A DNA stretch of 45,203 nt, taken from assembly GCF_006345805.1 (NCBI RefSeq), contig NW_021834825.1, positions 1 through 45,203 of the forward strand, in the 5' to 3' direction. This DNA is from Octopus sinensis (Eukaryota). Under the pieces are notes generated by a model, which saw nothing but the letters and a program-made list of their open reading frames with translations, had not been told where the DNA came from and made no database searches. Shown here piece after piece: positions 23,980 to 35,712 of the stretch (position 1 is the first letter of the stretch; every line of letters starts with the position of its first letter). A program made the translations under genes and the position numbers.

Positions 23980-26800
23980 CATAACCGCTTCAGTGAGGGG
24001 GAGGGACACACACTGATGCTGTCAAAAGGAAGGCCCTGAAATGGTACACATTCTCTCCACAAACTTGCTAGGATCTGGTATGTGGTGCTCTCAACTGGTA
24101 GCATTTGCATCTGCAAGTTGTTTACAAAAAAAATCCAAGAACTTGTGGTAGTAACCACTGACATACCAGAAAGATGGGTAGGCATCTTAGAAAGACAAGA
24201 GGACTGCTTGTAAAGACAAGATGACAATGGGAAAGACTGGTGGAGACTATGGACTTACAATCCTCGCCTCTGTAATCTATTGTAAAATTTACTAATGTGA
24301 ATGGCAGCCCCATGAATGGGGAGTCAAACATCAATCAAACCCAGTGACCAATATGCAAATGAATATAGCTACTCTTTTGAACACCGAATGAACTGCAAAC
24401 AACAATAGATGCAAGCTGTGCCATAGGACCTTTGCTACTAAGAGAAGCTTAAAGATACATCAGGGAAAGACTTGTAAGAAGAGGACAGAGCAGTGTAGGT
24501 CATCTGATCATTAAGTGCAACAGCAAAGATCTCTTCCCAAATGGAAACTGCAGGTTATGAGACTGATGCATCAGATATTGCTCATTAGAAACCGAGGGTT
24601 CTGTGACCTGCTGCTACTGAAAAAGTAAGATATAAAGAGTTTGAGAACAAGGTATGTAAAGTTTTATATAAAATGACAGGATCCATATGGTAACTGATTG
24701 GCAAAAGGAAAGAGTGGATCAAGCAAGAGGAACAAGAAAATGAAACAATTGAGGATGGAAAAGAACAGCCTAAGAAAGCAATGGAAATGTGCAGAGGAAA
24801 ACAGAACACCTGGCCTTGTACAGATGTTTGAGGATTTAAAAAGAAGATGCTGCTTTGTGCGATGAAATATCCTCTGATATGAGTGATGAAAAGAAAGCAA
24901 AAGGACTCGCGAACAGTTTCTGAAGAACTAATATATGGTATGAAGAAGCTGTTCACTGAACCAAACAGCGACACTTTATTGTGAACAAAAGGAGAACTGG
25001 ATGCTCATATCAAAGAAACAAACAGCAACCCGAATTGCAACTAGTCACTGCCATCTATAAATGGAATAGAGCATCTCTTAGAACCTGATGTCCAATTTCA
25101 AATTGGAGACATCAGGGAGAAAGAGGTGAATGAATTTGTGAGGGAAAGTCGGAGCAAAGAGTTCCCCAAGAGGTGATGGCATCTCATATAAGGTGTGTAA
25201 GTATTGCAATTATTTACAAAAGAAGCTTTTTGCCCCACTCCAACAGCTTTGGTATGAAGAGACTTTAGTAGAGGATTGGTGTAAGGTAGAAGGCATATAC
25301 ATGCCAAAGGAAGCCAATGCAGAGACTATAAAACAGTTTTAGCCGGTATCCTTATTGAATGTGGATGGCAAGATCTTTATGGGCATTTTCTCAAGAAGAA
25401 CAGTGACATACCTACAGAATAATGGATATGTGGATAAAGCAGTTCAAAAGGCTGGAATCCCTGGATGTGTTGAGCATTGTTTTTCAATTTGGAAAGTGAT
25501 CCAGGATGCCAAACAAGTTTGAATGTGGTATGGCTTGATCTAGCTAATGCATATGGCTTGGTGCCACACAAATTGCTGATGAGAGCCATGGACCACTTCC
25601 ATATTCCAGAGAAAGTAACAAAATTAATGAGGATATATAATGACAGTTTCAAGACGAGGTTTACAGCTGGTAACTTTACAACAGACTGGCACTGCTTGGA
25701 GATTAGCATTGTTGCTGGCTGTGCAATATGTCATGTGGTTTATCCTAGTCATGGAGATGATTTTGAAAGTGACAGACTTTTCGGAACAAATGGCTTATAT
25801 AAATCACCTAAGATAGCCTTCATGGCTGAACTAACACTTCTGTCGATGGAACAAGCAAATCATGCAAAGTGCATGATTAAGTGGTTGAGGATGTGATTCA
25901 AGCAAAGAAAGTCACATAGTCTGACATCTATTAGGGGAGTACAAATAAAAGAAAATTTACAATTGCAGGAGAATGCATTCCAACAGTCAAGGAAGAACCT
26001 GTTTAGAGATTAAGGTGTGTATATGCTGGAACATTATCAGACAGGAGTCACAGGATGCAGATTATGAAACAAGCAGAGGATGGACTTACAGCAACTGATG
26101 ATTCAAAACTACCAAGGAAGTATAAAATATGGTGCCTGCAGTTTGTTTAATATCTGTGCCTTTCATGGCTACTTTTAATATATGAGGTGGCACTGTCACG
26201 GCTTCAAATCATTGAGCAAAAGTACAATGTGTTCAGTAGAAAGTAGCTAGGCCTACCTTGGATATTGAACAGCTCAGCTCTTTATTATAAAAGAGGCTCA
26301 TTGCAGTTACCACTAACATCAATAATTGAAATTTATAAAGTAGGAAAGGTACAAATGGTGATGATGCTAAGAAAGTCAAAAGACATAGAAATCAGGCATA
26401 ATCAACCAGATGTAAAAACAACCAGGAAGTGGAAAGCAGAGACAGAGATATGGTGGGTGCCATGTAAATTGATTGGAAAGAAATTGGATCTGGCACTGAT
26501 TTTTTGTTAGCAACAATGTCAAAGAAAGGGAAACAGAGAAGAGAACTTCATTTGATTCAATGCTCTCAATAAGGACAAACGATAAGATGGAGGGAAAACA
26601 TAGTTGAGAGAAACATAAGTTGAAATGAAATATGGAAGTGGACTATATTACATTTGAGTTTTCTGATTCTTTCATTCTACAATACCTTGCCATCGCCTAA
26701 AATCTAGTAAGGTGAAGCATATCAGAGAATTGCAAATGCAAATGCGGAAACATTGGAATATAGACTATGCTCTTTTTGAGAACTTCAAACTATACAAAGA
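23980..26800 (+). mobile_element. Decayed Hero/R2-group non-LTR retrotransposon
   Basis: PKEANAETIKQF*PVSLLNVDGKIF, VQKAGIPGCVEH, VVWLDLANAYGLVPHKL, KLPRKYKIWCLQF and LQLPLTSIIEIYK motifs, recalled as typical of Hero-clade RT. Many stops; edges approximate. Confidence 0.75.
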
Positions 26801-27923
26801 TTTTAATAGTTAATTTCATTAAATGCACCATCATGTCTTTGATCTCTTACCTCTTGCAATAGTAATAGGAATACCATTGTGGCATATGACATTTTACACC
26901 TGGTATAACTCATCCTCCTTTAACTCTAGCCATAGTTAATTTCTTCTACAGAGATGGGATTCAAACAAGTGCAAGAGAGCTACAACAAAAACTACAAGGC
27001 ATCTATCCAATGCCCTAACAACTACCAATTTCCAGCCATAGCTTGTTATGAATATTTTCTAAATAAATATACACATGCGTATCCACAGGTCTTCTAATCA
27101 GAAAATTAATCTCATGTTTGTATATTTGACCTTTGGTCATCTTCAGATGCTATATTTTTACATATAAAGAAACTCCACCTCATAGTGACTTATGATTTTA
27201 ACAGAGATTAATAAATTAATGCTCAAACTCTTTTACTGGTACAGCCTTTCAGCTGTGAGATTATCTTAGAAATATAAAAATAAAATTGCATAGGCTTTAT
27301 TTCAACAAATGTAAAGCTTACTGATGGAATTTCAGTCAACAAGAACTTAAAACTTTCATAAATTATAGAAGCATGAAAAGATGAAAAGAATATTATATAC
27401 TCTCTTACTTAATATTATTAAATATTTGTTACTGATACTTTACTGAAATAACATTAAATTAAGTCAGAGCTCAGAAGGGTCACCACTGGATAACAAATTT
27501 ACATTTATAATAAAAGCTATTTTATATCTCAATTAATGATTAATAGTATATTTTTATCAGCGAGAATACAAAGAGTGCCTGCAACTTAATGTAAGATAAG
27601 TATCAAAGGATTTCATTTGAAGAGCATCATTTCTTTTCTTCTTTTGGTTGTTTTGCTGCTTACAACTTTTTAGGTATAAACTGGCAAAAGATATACATGA
27701 ATATACAATAGGCTTCTGTAGTTTCTGTTTATAAAATTTCACTCATAAAGTACGGAGCAATTCAAGGTTATCGTAGAAGATACTTGCCAAATATGCCATA
27801 CAGTAGTATCAAACCCCAAACCACATAATTGCAAAGGGAATTGTCTAAGTACATAGCCTCACTTATCCAACTGAGAAATCCTATAATTAAGAAATTCTTT
27901 TTTTTTTTTAATTTTCACATATA

Positions 27924-28200
27924 GGTGCAGGCATGGCTGTGTGGTAAGAAGCTTGCTTCCCAACCACATGGTTTTGGTTCAGTCCCACATTGTAGCACCT
28001 CAGGCAAGTGTCTTCTGCTATAGGGCTGTGAACAGATTTGGTAGATGGAAACTGAAAGAAGGTTGTTGTATATATATGTGTGTGTGTGTGTGTCTTGTCT
28101 GTCCCCCACCATCGCTCAACAACTGGTGTTGGTGAGTTTACATCTCCATAATTAAGTGGTTTGGCAAAAGAGACCAACAGAATAAGTACCAGGCTTTAAA
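27924..28200 (+). mobile_element. tRNA-headed SINE copy
   Basis: GGTGCAGGCATGGCTGTGTGGTAAG head, same family as 6013-6335; ends about 90 bp from the CUL3 splice donor at 28289. Confidence 0.8.
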
Positions 28201-28289
28201 AAGAAAAAAGTACTGAGGTTAACAAAGAAAAGATATGCAGGAAAACTTAACGGAAGAAAAACAAGCAATAAAACTGCTACATTACTCAC

Positions 28290-28421
28290 TTTTACAATAG
28301 GTTCTTCTGTTGATTTATCTAAATAATGAGTTGCTCTTTCTGCTTCCTCATTAATTCGAGCCTCTACTTTTTTAATATATACAGATGCACTATTTTCAGC
28401 CAAAAACTTTTGACTCTCCAG
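28290..28421 (-). CDS. CUL3: Cullin-3 coding exon (132 nt)
   Basis: catcag|CTG...AAA|gtgagt; [44 protein letters not shown]. Phase 0-0. Confidence 0.97.
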
Positions 28422-28688
28422 CTGATGAAAAAAAAAATTTTTTTAAATGAGATAAATACACAGACTCACACATGAATATCAAATATATTTTGTCAAATTC
28501 TACAGTGTTTTCAGAACCATTTTATATTAGGTGTGGAAAGAAATATGGATAAAAAAAATAGAATAAAAGTACTTTTATTTTACATATGGATAACCCCTGA
28601 TTATAAAAATAGTTTCCAATATTTTACAAATCTGAGTTCAACAAAAGAATTGAAAAAACTTAGCAAATAGTTACAAGAAAAATCTTAC

Positions 28689-28803
28689 TTTATAAAATTC
28701 AGCTGACTGATCAAGGAATGGTATTTCAAAGTCTTCTTCATATACTGACCGAGACTCAATACCAAGGACCATAATCATCTGACAAGCATTTCTAACAGCA
28801 CTC
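28689..28803 (-). CDS. CUL3: Cullin-3 coding exon (115 nt; first exon visible in window)
   Basis: Minus strand reads tttcag|G AGT GCT...TAT AAA|gtaaga and translates (R)[38 protein letters not shown], matching CUL3 [39 protein letters not shown]. Not present in the supplied ORF track. Confidence 0.95.
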
Positions 28804-28944
28804 CTGAAAGTAGAAAGTTAATAATACTTGATGTCATGTCATAGAATAAAGGGATTAAAATGTTGGTATAAAAGCTGAAGAAGACATTATTTTCCAGTGG
28901 TAATTTTCTATGAATTCTATGCAAAATTGATATGATAAAGATTC

Positions 28945-29690
28945 ATCATCATCATCATTGTTTAACGCTTTCCATGCTGGCATGGGTTGGATAGTTTGAC
29001 TGAGGTATGGAGAGCCAGCGGCTGCACGAGGCTCTAATCTGATCAGGCGGGCTTGGCATCATCACATTCGGATAGTGCCATCAGCACGGGAACTAGTCAA
29101 GGGGTACTGGCATCAACCACAATCAGATGCTGCTTTTTACATGCCATTGACACGGAGGCCTGTCAGGCAGTCCTGGGATCAATCACGTTTGGATAGTGCA
29201 TTTTATGTTTCCCCACCACAAGAGCCAGTCAAGAAGTACTGGCATTGACCACATTTGGATAGTGCTTTTTACGTGCCACTGGCACAGGAGCAAGTCAGCC
29301 GGACCTGGCATTGACCACATTCGGATGGTGCTTTTTATGTGACACCGGCACAGGGAAACGGTCAGGGCACACTGGCATCGACCACAATAGGATGCCTTTT
29401 ATGTGCCACCAGAATGGAGGCCAGTCATGGGGCACTGGCCACAGCAGCGATTTTGGTTTTACATGACTCAACAAGTTTTCTCAAGCATATCATGTTGGCC
29501 AAGACATCAAGGGTACTCTTAAATGTGCTGGACATGCAACACTGGCATTGGCCATGGCTGCGATCTCATTTTAGTTGCCAAGTCTTCTCAATCAAAGCAT
29601 ATTTCCAAAGGTCTTGGTCTCCTGTCATTGCCTGCATAAGTCCCAATGTTCGAAGGTCATGCTTCGCCATCTCATCCATATATGAGGAGA
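28945..29690 (-). mobile_element. RTE LINE 3'UTR fragment with degenerate tandem subrepeats
   Basis: (CAT)n TTTAACG...TTTCCATGC tail; repeated GGATAGTGCTTTTACGTGCC...GGCAC units homologous to 44607-44920. Confidence 0.7.
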
Positions 29691-30020
29691 CCCCTTTCAG
29701 TCATGAATGACCATGGGATTGCACCTAGAAAGTTACCCTCCAAGGCACAAAATCAGGAAAGGTTGTTTATGGAAGGCCAACAGTAGCCCATGCACACCAG
29801 CCTCTCCTCTCCACACCACTGATGTTGTCCAAGGGAAAAGCAAAGGCCGATACAGCTTGGCACCAGTGATGTTGCAACTCATTTCTACAGTGAAGTTAAC
29901 TGGAGCAACGTGAAATAAAGTGTCTTGCTCAAGAACACAACAACCAGCCCAGTCTGGGAAACGAACTCACAACCTCACAAATGTAAGACCAACGCTCTAA
30001 CCACTGAGACATGCGCCTTC
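29690..30020 (-). mobile_element. Second tRNA-headed SINE family
   Basis: Minus-strand head GAAGGCGCATGTCTCAGTGGTTAGAGCG...GTGAGTTCGTTTCCC (A/B boxes), followed by CTTGAGCAAGACAC; same head at about 16180-16265. Confidence 0.75.
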
Positions 30021-30034
30021 AAACATCATCATCC

Positions 30035-30498
30035 ATATATAAGTATACATAAATACGCACACACACATATATAAGTATACATACATACACACATAGATAT
30101 ATATACAGACATACATAGACATATATATACGTATACATACATACGCATATATATACGTATACATACATACGCATATATATACATATACATACATACATAC
30201 ACACGTATGCATACATACATACATATATGCGTATGCAGACATACACATATACATACGTATGCATACATCCATATATATCCGTATACATATATATACATAC
30301 ATACATATACACACATACATATACATACATACACATATATATGTATACATACATACACATATATATGTATACATACATATGTATAGATATATATATATAC
30401 ATACATACGTATACACATATATACATATGTATGCACATATATATATATACATACATATATATATATATATATACATACATATATATTATATATATATA
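30035..30498. repeat. Compound (TA)/(TACA)/(CA) microsatellite
   Basis: Directly visible; source of the spurious Y/I/M/V/C-rich ORFs. Confidence 0.97.
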
Positions 30499-30856
30499 CT
30501 AGTTTAAGGTGACCCGCTCTACGTGTAGGTGAGGTTATGGTTGTTACTTTCTGTTTCTTATCACCACATTCTCCCTCTTTGTTTCTCTCTCCTTTCTCTC
30601 TCACTTTCCCACTCTCTTACTCTTCGTTTCTCTTGGACGTTCCCTCGCTTTCTCTCTCTCTCTGTCTCTCTCTCTCCCATTTATAAACAACAAAAGATCT
30701 TGAGTAAGTTGAGAAAGAAAATATTTTTACGCTTTTTAAACCCTTCGTCATTCTCATTCACTCATTATTACTTTCTCCCTTTCTTTCACTTTCTCTCTAT
30801 AACGTTGTTTAATAGCGTCTACTATCTTTCCTCTGCTGCCTTTGCCAGCGCTGTCA

Positions 30857-30892
<36 letters not shown>

Positions 30893-31364
30893 TCATAGAG
30901 AGAATTATCATCGCCACCACCACCACACAATCATGAGAATCTTTCTCTCTATATATATATAGATGGAGAGAGAGGGGGGAGAGAGAAAGTATATAATGAG
31001 TGAATGAGAATAACGACGAAGGGTTTAAAAAGCGTAAAAATATTGAAGGCAGCGGAGGAAAGATAGTAGACGCTATCAAACGACGTTATAGAGAGAAAGT
31101 GAAAGGAAGGGAGGAATGAGAGAGAGAGAGAAAGACGGAGGAAGACAGGCAGATAATAGAATGAGAGTAGACTTGTCAAAATGTGCGTTTTTTGCCCTAG
31201 TAACCACACCTTTTAAGATAGGGATTTCTAACCTAGCCCACTCTCATCCTCACCTCATTTTACATGTCCCTGTAAATTTTGGAGTCAATCCAACGGGATC
31301 TAGTGGCCTTTAACCCGTTCCAATGCCAAAATGAGACAAACTTTTCGCATTTCAGATTTATAGA
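30499..31364 (-). mobile_element. Non-autonomous Helitron, 866 bp
   Basis: Minus strand A|TCTATAAATCTGAAATGCGAAAAGTTTG at the 5' end; CTAC-AC-GTAG hairpin and CTAG|T at the 3' end (30502-30499); inserted in a TA-rich array. Confidence 0.75.
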
Positions 31365-32190
31365 TATACATATATATAGATAAAATTTACTTGGAAATGG
31401 ATGCGTGGTGTTCGATTATATAATAACATAAATAATATATGCATATATGCATATATACATTCATATATATACATACCTACATCTATATGTATATATACAT
31501 GCATATATGGGTACAGGACACCAAAAAAACACTGAACATAATGATAAACGAAAACATAAAAACAAAAACATGGAAACAAACATTTTTTCAAACAATGAAA
31601 AAAACAGAGTACAAGACATACAACACAAGGAATATTCCCCTTCTTCAGTTGTCCCTGTTTCGTCTACTCCGCGTTTCAAAGGTAAGGACAAGATGCGACA
31701 TTGTTGAAACAGTCCTTCCCGCAAAGCAAATTTAATAAAATTTGGGATTTTTTGTGGAGGGGGAAAAGTGGTAACAAGAACAGGACAACAAAACAAAATA
31801 CAATTAAAAACAGTAAAAGACAGGACAAGGAGAATAACAGTAAAAACAAACAATGAGGGCTGTTAAGCCAAGACGATGGAAAAATTATTTTGAACGCATT
31901 GAGGAGACAGCTTATTAGAAGGACAGGATAAGCCGTCTTAACTCGTTGAAGATGGCAGTCGGAAAGATGGCTTCCCTCAGATCACGTGTCAGTGACGAGA
32001 GGAAGGAAGAGGAGTAAGAGAGAGAGGGAATGGTGAAAGGGAGAGGAGAAGAATAGGGAAGGGTGGGAGAAAACCAGAAAGGATGAAGAACAAGACAGGG
32101 AGAGAGACAGACAGAGAATTATTGATGCACACTCTTAACTTTTACTAATCACATATATATATGTGTATATGTATGTGTATATATATATAC

Positions 32191-32340
32191 CGGAGTAAAC
32201 GCATAAATGTGAAACAAGGTGGAAAAAAGAGTACTCAAATACCAGGCGTAGAGTAATATGCTTTATTTAAAAGCAGCAGAAATTCAACAAAACCTGTTAC
32301 TCGGAGTTTCACGTTCCCGTTCGTCAGACAGTTTTGTTAA
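32191..32340 (-). mobile_element. PLE pseudo-LTR-like repeat (same family as 5701-5836)
   Basis: Near-identical to 5701-5836 with the identical (TA)n junction; contains a hammerhead motif. Confidence 0.7.
32286..32338 (-). ncRNA. Minimal type-I hammerhead ribozyme (intact motif)
   Basis: Minus strand AACAAAACTGT-CTGACGA-ACG GGAA CGT-GAA-ACTC c GAGT-A-ACAGgTTTTGTT: 11-bp helix I with one bulge, 3-bp helix II with GNRA loop, palindromic helix III, GUA cleavage site between 32298 and 32297. Confidence 0.85.
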
Positions 32341-33464
32341 AATAGAACCGATATGACAATTTTATCAAGACTAGTATAAACGTTACACCTTTAAAAATGG
32401 ATTTGTTTGATTGGTCCTTTCAAATAACAGTCATATGCAAGCGATAAACAAAAATAAACAAAACAAATAAATGAGTTCAATATAAAATATAAAGTTATAA
32501 AAATCAAGGAAAAACCTTAAATCGAAGATTTGGTTCAAATACATATTGTCATTAATAATGTAGAAAATATAATTAATACGTAAAAATTGAAATTAAAATA
32601 TTAAAATATATTAAAATATTTCACAACATATATACATCAACATACACAGATAGATGAGCGCAGATCATACATATACAGACATATAAATGCAAAACGAAAA
32701 TATACACATATGTATACGCAATTTTGCTCGCATGCAAAAATCACTTGTATCCATATAGACTATAAGCAAAATTCATGGAGGGGGAAGGAATGCTCCTGTA
32801 AGCAACAGAAAGCTAAAGATGTAAGTAAGGGAGGGGAAGGGGGCGTAAAGTTACAGGGCTCTATACAAGTAACGAATAGGGAGAGAAAAAAATGAAAGAA
32901 AGGAAGAGAGAAAAAAGAAAAAGAAAAGGAAAAAAGAAAAATAATAAAATTCTGACTACACATAACGAAAGTTTGTATACAAATTATGTAAGCAGTAAAT
33001 ACACATATACGAACACATATATAGAGATAAGTATGCAAACACACAAGTCCAAGTGAATACATGCATACACATACATTCATGTATGTATGTGCATAAGTAC
33101 AAATATATGCTCACTTACACATATACATAGACGCATGCTTACAAATACATATGCATGCCAATACACATATTCATATAAAAATGCCTAGGATCTGACATTA
33201 TTTTTTAAAAAATTGCTGAGTGCATAATAATAAAAATTTTAGATAAAAGACATGCAAAATATAACACCCTATATTGGATTATCTATAAATTAAATTGCCA
33301 AAGTGAGTTTATACAATGTAATAAAATGAAATAAACAAAGTCAAAGTTTTTCTTAAGGAATAAGTAGAAATATAAACAAAATATGTACAAGACTTTGCTA
33401 CGTGGAATGAAACCTGCATAGTGCGAAACAAATCCATCGGTGTGATCAAAAACTAGTCCAAGAA

Positions 33465-34630
33465 TCAAAAAATCAAAAAGACAAAAATATACGCTATCCA
33501 TATGGGATATTTATGTTTGACATTTTGAATTTGGTTGCATGCCTGCAATGAGTTCAACAGTTCGCTTCTTTGATTCAAAGAATTAATGTCTTGGAATAAT
33601 ATGAAATATTTTTCTAACAAACAGAGATCGCATTTAAAATTCTTTCTATGTGCCCCGTGCCTGTATGGTGCCGCTCTTTCTAGAATGCTCCATGACACGT
33701 TGAAAGGTCGGGCTTCTTTTTCTTTTAGTTCCCAGACATATTTCGCCAGGCTGGTCTTCGTCTTATTTTCTGGGTATCTAAATGAATTTTTGTGCGAATA
33801 AAATCGGGTTTGAAAAGAATTTTCCGAAGCTCCTGTATAAGTCTTATATTCAGATGAGCCTTCTATTTGCACCTTGGCTCTATATACGACTCCTTTTACC
33901 AAACATTTCCCTTCCAATGGACAGGAGGACCCATCTTTACAATTACATCTTTTAAGAGGATCTGCACTATGCTTAATATCAATTAATTTCCTGTTGTGCT
34001 GGCTAACGTAAGAGGCGAAATTCCTGCAACAAGAATAGCTAATCATAAGGGTTCTTCTATTAAATATTCTATAAAATTTATGATCCTGTTTAAAATGCCT
34101 AGAGACTAATTCCAAGAATTCCCTACCTATGTTTGTTTTTACGGCCAAATTGAAAGCTGGGTTGAACCACAAAACTTTCCTGGTCCTAGTTCTACGTGTA
34201 GCATAACTACTAGCATTAAGTTGGTTATACTGGATCTTCTCAGAGAATCCTCTATTCCTTAATGCGCTATCGTAATAAGGTGCAGTATTATGGAATGCTG
34301 CCTCATCCGAAGAAATTGACGATATTCGTCTACCTACATTGCTGACTAAGTTATTAAGAATAACTGGCGGATGATTTGATTCTTTGCTAATATACAATAG
34401 CTTGTCATTAGGCTTACGGTAAGGTTTAAATCTATCTGACCTTCAATTCAAATTTACATCTAAAAAATCTACACTTTTCATGTTAGTATCTATTGTAACT
34501 CGTAAGCCCATCCTTTGGAAGAAAGCAATAAGGTCCTTCCTAAGTTTATCTGATTCATGGCCATTTAAATTATGGGTGGCTATAAGGCTGTCATCCTTAT
34601 ATAAACCTACATCTATAAATGGGAAGTCCT
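33465..34630 (-). mobile_element. Penelope-like element: RT C-terminus, thumb/linker and C-terminal GIY-YIG endonuclease (5'-truncated)
   Basis: ORF 33465-34397 has SNHPP, WFNPAF, ISYSC, CNC..CPL..C, VVY..YTG (GIY-YIG), RF..H and CDLCLLEK. RT remnants (LYKDDSLI) upstream to about 34630. Clade probably Nematis-type, unverified. Confidence 0.9.
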
Positions 34631-34639
34631 TTATATATA

Positions 34640-35090
34640 AATATATATATATTTAGGTTGTTTGTAGCTGTTAATGATTCTATGTATGTTTAGAATTTCC
34701 TTTAATTTGGAGTCCTTATGAAGCATTGGTAAATTCTGGGTGATGATGGTGAAGGCTTCTTTGTTTCTGGGGTTGTATGCGGATATGTAAGGCAGTATTT
34801 TCGGGGAAGGCATGTTGCTGTGTTGAACTTTTCTTAAAGTTTCTATGTCGATTTCTGTTGCACATCTGATTCCATCGTCTATGAGTTGAACTGGGTAGTG
34901 TCAGTCAATTTGGGTGTTTTTGAGTTCTTGTAGTCTAAAGTTTCTGGCATTTTGTTCTGACACTATTATGAATATCCTTCTTGCAAAGTTGAAAGGGATG
35001 TTTGTTTTAGTGTGTTTTGGGTGGCATAAATCAAAAAGTAGGTATTGTTTGGCATCTGTGGTTTTGTAAAATATGTCCGTTTCTAGTTTT
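34640..35090 (-). mobile_element. Second PLE fragment (Neptune-like RT thumb region)
   Basis: DIFYKTTDAKQYLLFDLCHPKHTKTNIPFNFARRI, YPVQLIDDGI, LPYISAYNPRN and SYKQPK, frameshifted. Clade assignment from memory. Confidence 0.8.
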
Positions 35091-35400
35091 AGGTTAATTT
35101 TTTTAATTAGTAAATCGTAAAAAATATATCTCCTAAACAAAATATATCTCCTTCCGTGTATATATATACTACCAAAATATGACCTTTTTGAACTTATAAT
35201 TTTCTGTGTATATATATATGTACTTCCAAACAAATATGATTTCTAATGAAATCCTAATATTTTGATGAACTTTTTAATATTTTCCCAAGCTTTTTCCTTG
35301 TAAACTGTTTTTAACATGTTCTTATTATTATCAAAGAATGTATATATGCATTGTAATATATTGTGACAACCAGTACCTAACACAACAAAGCTTTTACATA

Positions 35401-35446
35401 TTACTTTTGACAAACTATTTCTAAAAAAGTGAAACCGGTCAAGTGA
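35401..35446 (+). ncRNA. Decayed hammerhead ribozyme motif
   Basis: TTACTT-TTGACAA-ACT[11 nt]AGT-GAA-ACCGGT-C-AAGTGA. Helices I-III and the GUC site are present, but the core TTGACAA differs from CTGANGA at two positions. Confidence 0.5.
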
Positions 35447-35679
35447 ATAAATATCTTTTAATATTGCATTTTCAAACCTTCTTTCATATATAATTCCACT
35501 CGTGCGACACCTTACACAAACATATATACATATATACATACATACATACATATATACATATATATACATACATATATATACATAAATACATATACATACA
35601 TATATATATACATACATAAATATACATACATACATACATATATATACATACATACATATACATACATATATATACATAC

Positions 35680-35712
<33 letters not shown>

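Noticed and set aside
29950-30020. tRNA genes at SINE heads (also 6013, 16180 and 27924)
   Set aside because: A/B-box-like motifs are present but I could not fold a cloverleaf, and each continues into a SINE body.
29997-30604. Many overlapping Y/I/M/V/C/H/T-rich ORFs (also at 5.5-6.8, 35.2-36.2 and 38.5-39.4 kb)
   Set aside because: Stop-free di- and tetranucleotide repeats are open in several frames on both strands; no coding signal.
31640-31730. Possible hammerheads in an unclassified repeat (minus-strand CTGAAGA; plus-strand GAAACAGTC)
   Set aside because: Core halves are not in a compatible order and spacing with pairing helices on either strand.
33400-33460. GCA-TAG-TGC-GAAAC hairpin resembling hammerhead helix II
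   Set aside because: No CTGANGA upstream and no helix III or cleavage triplet downstream.
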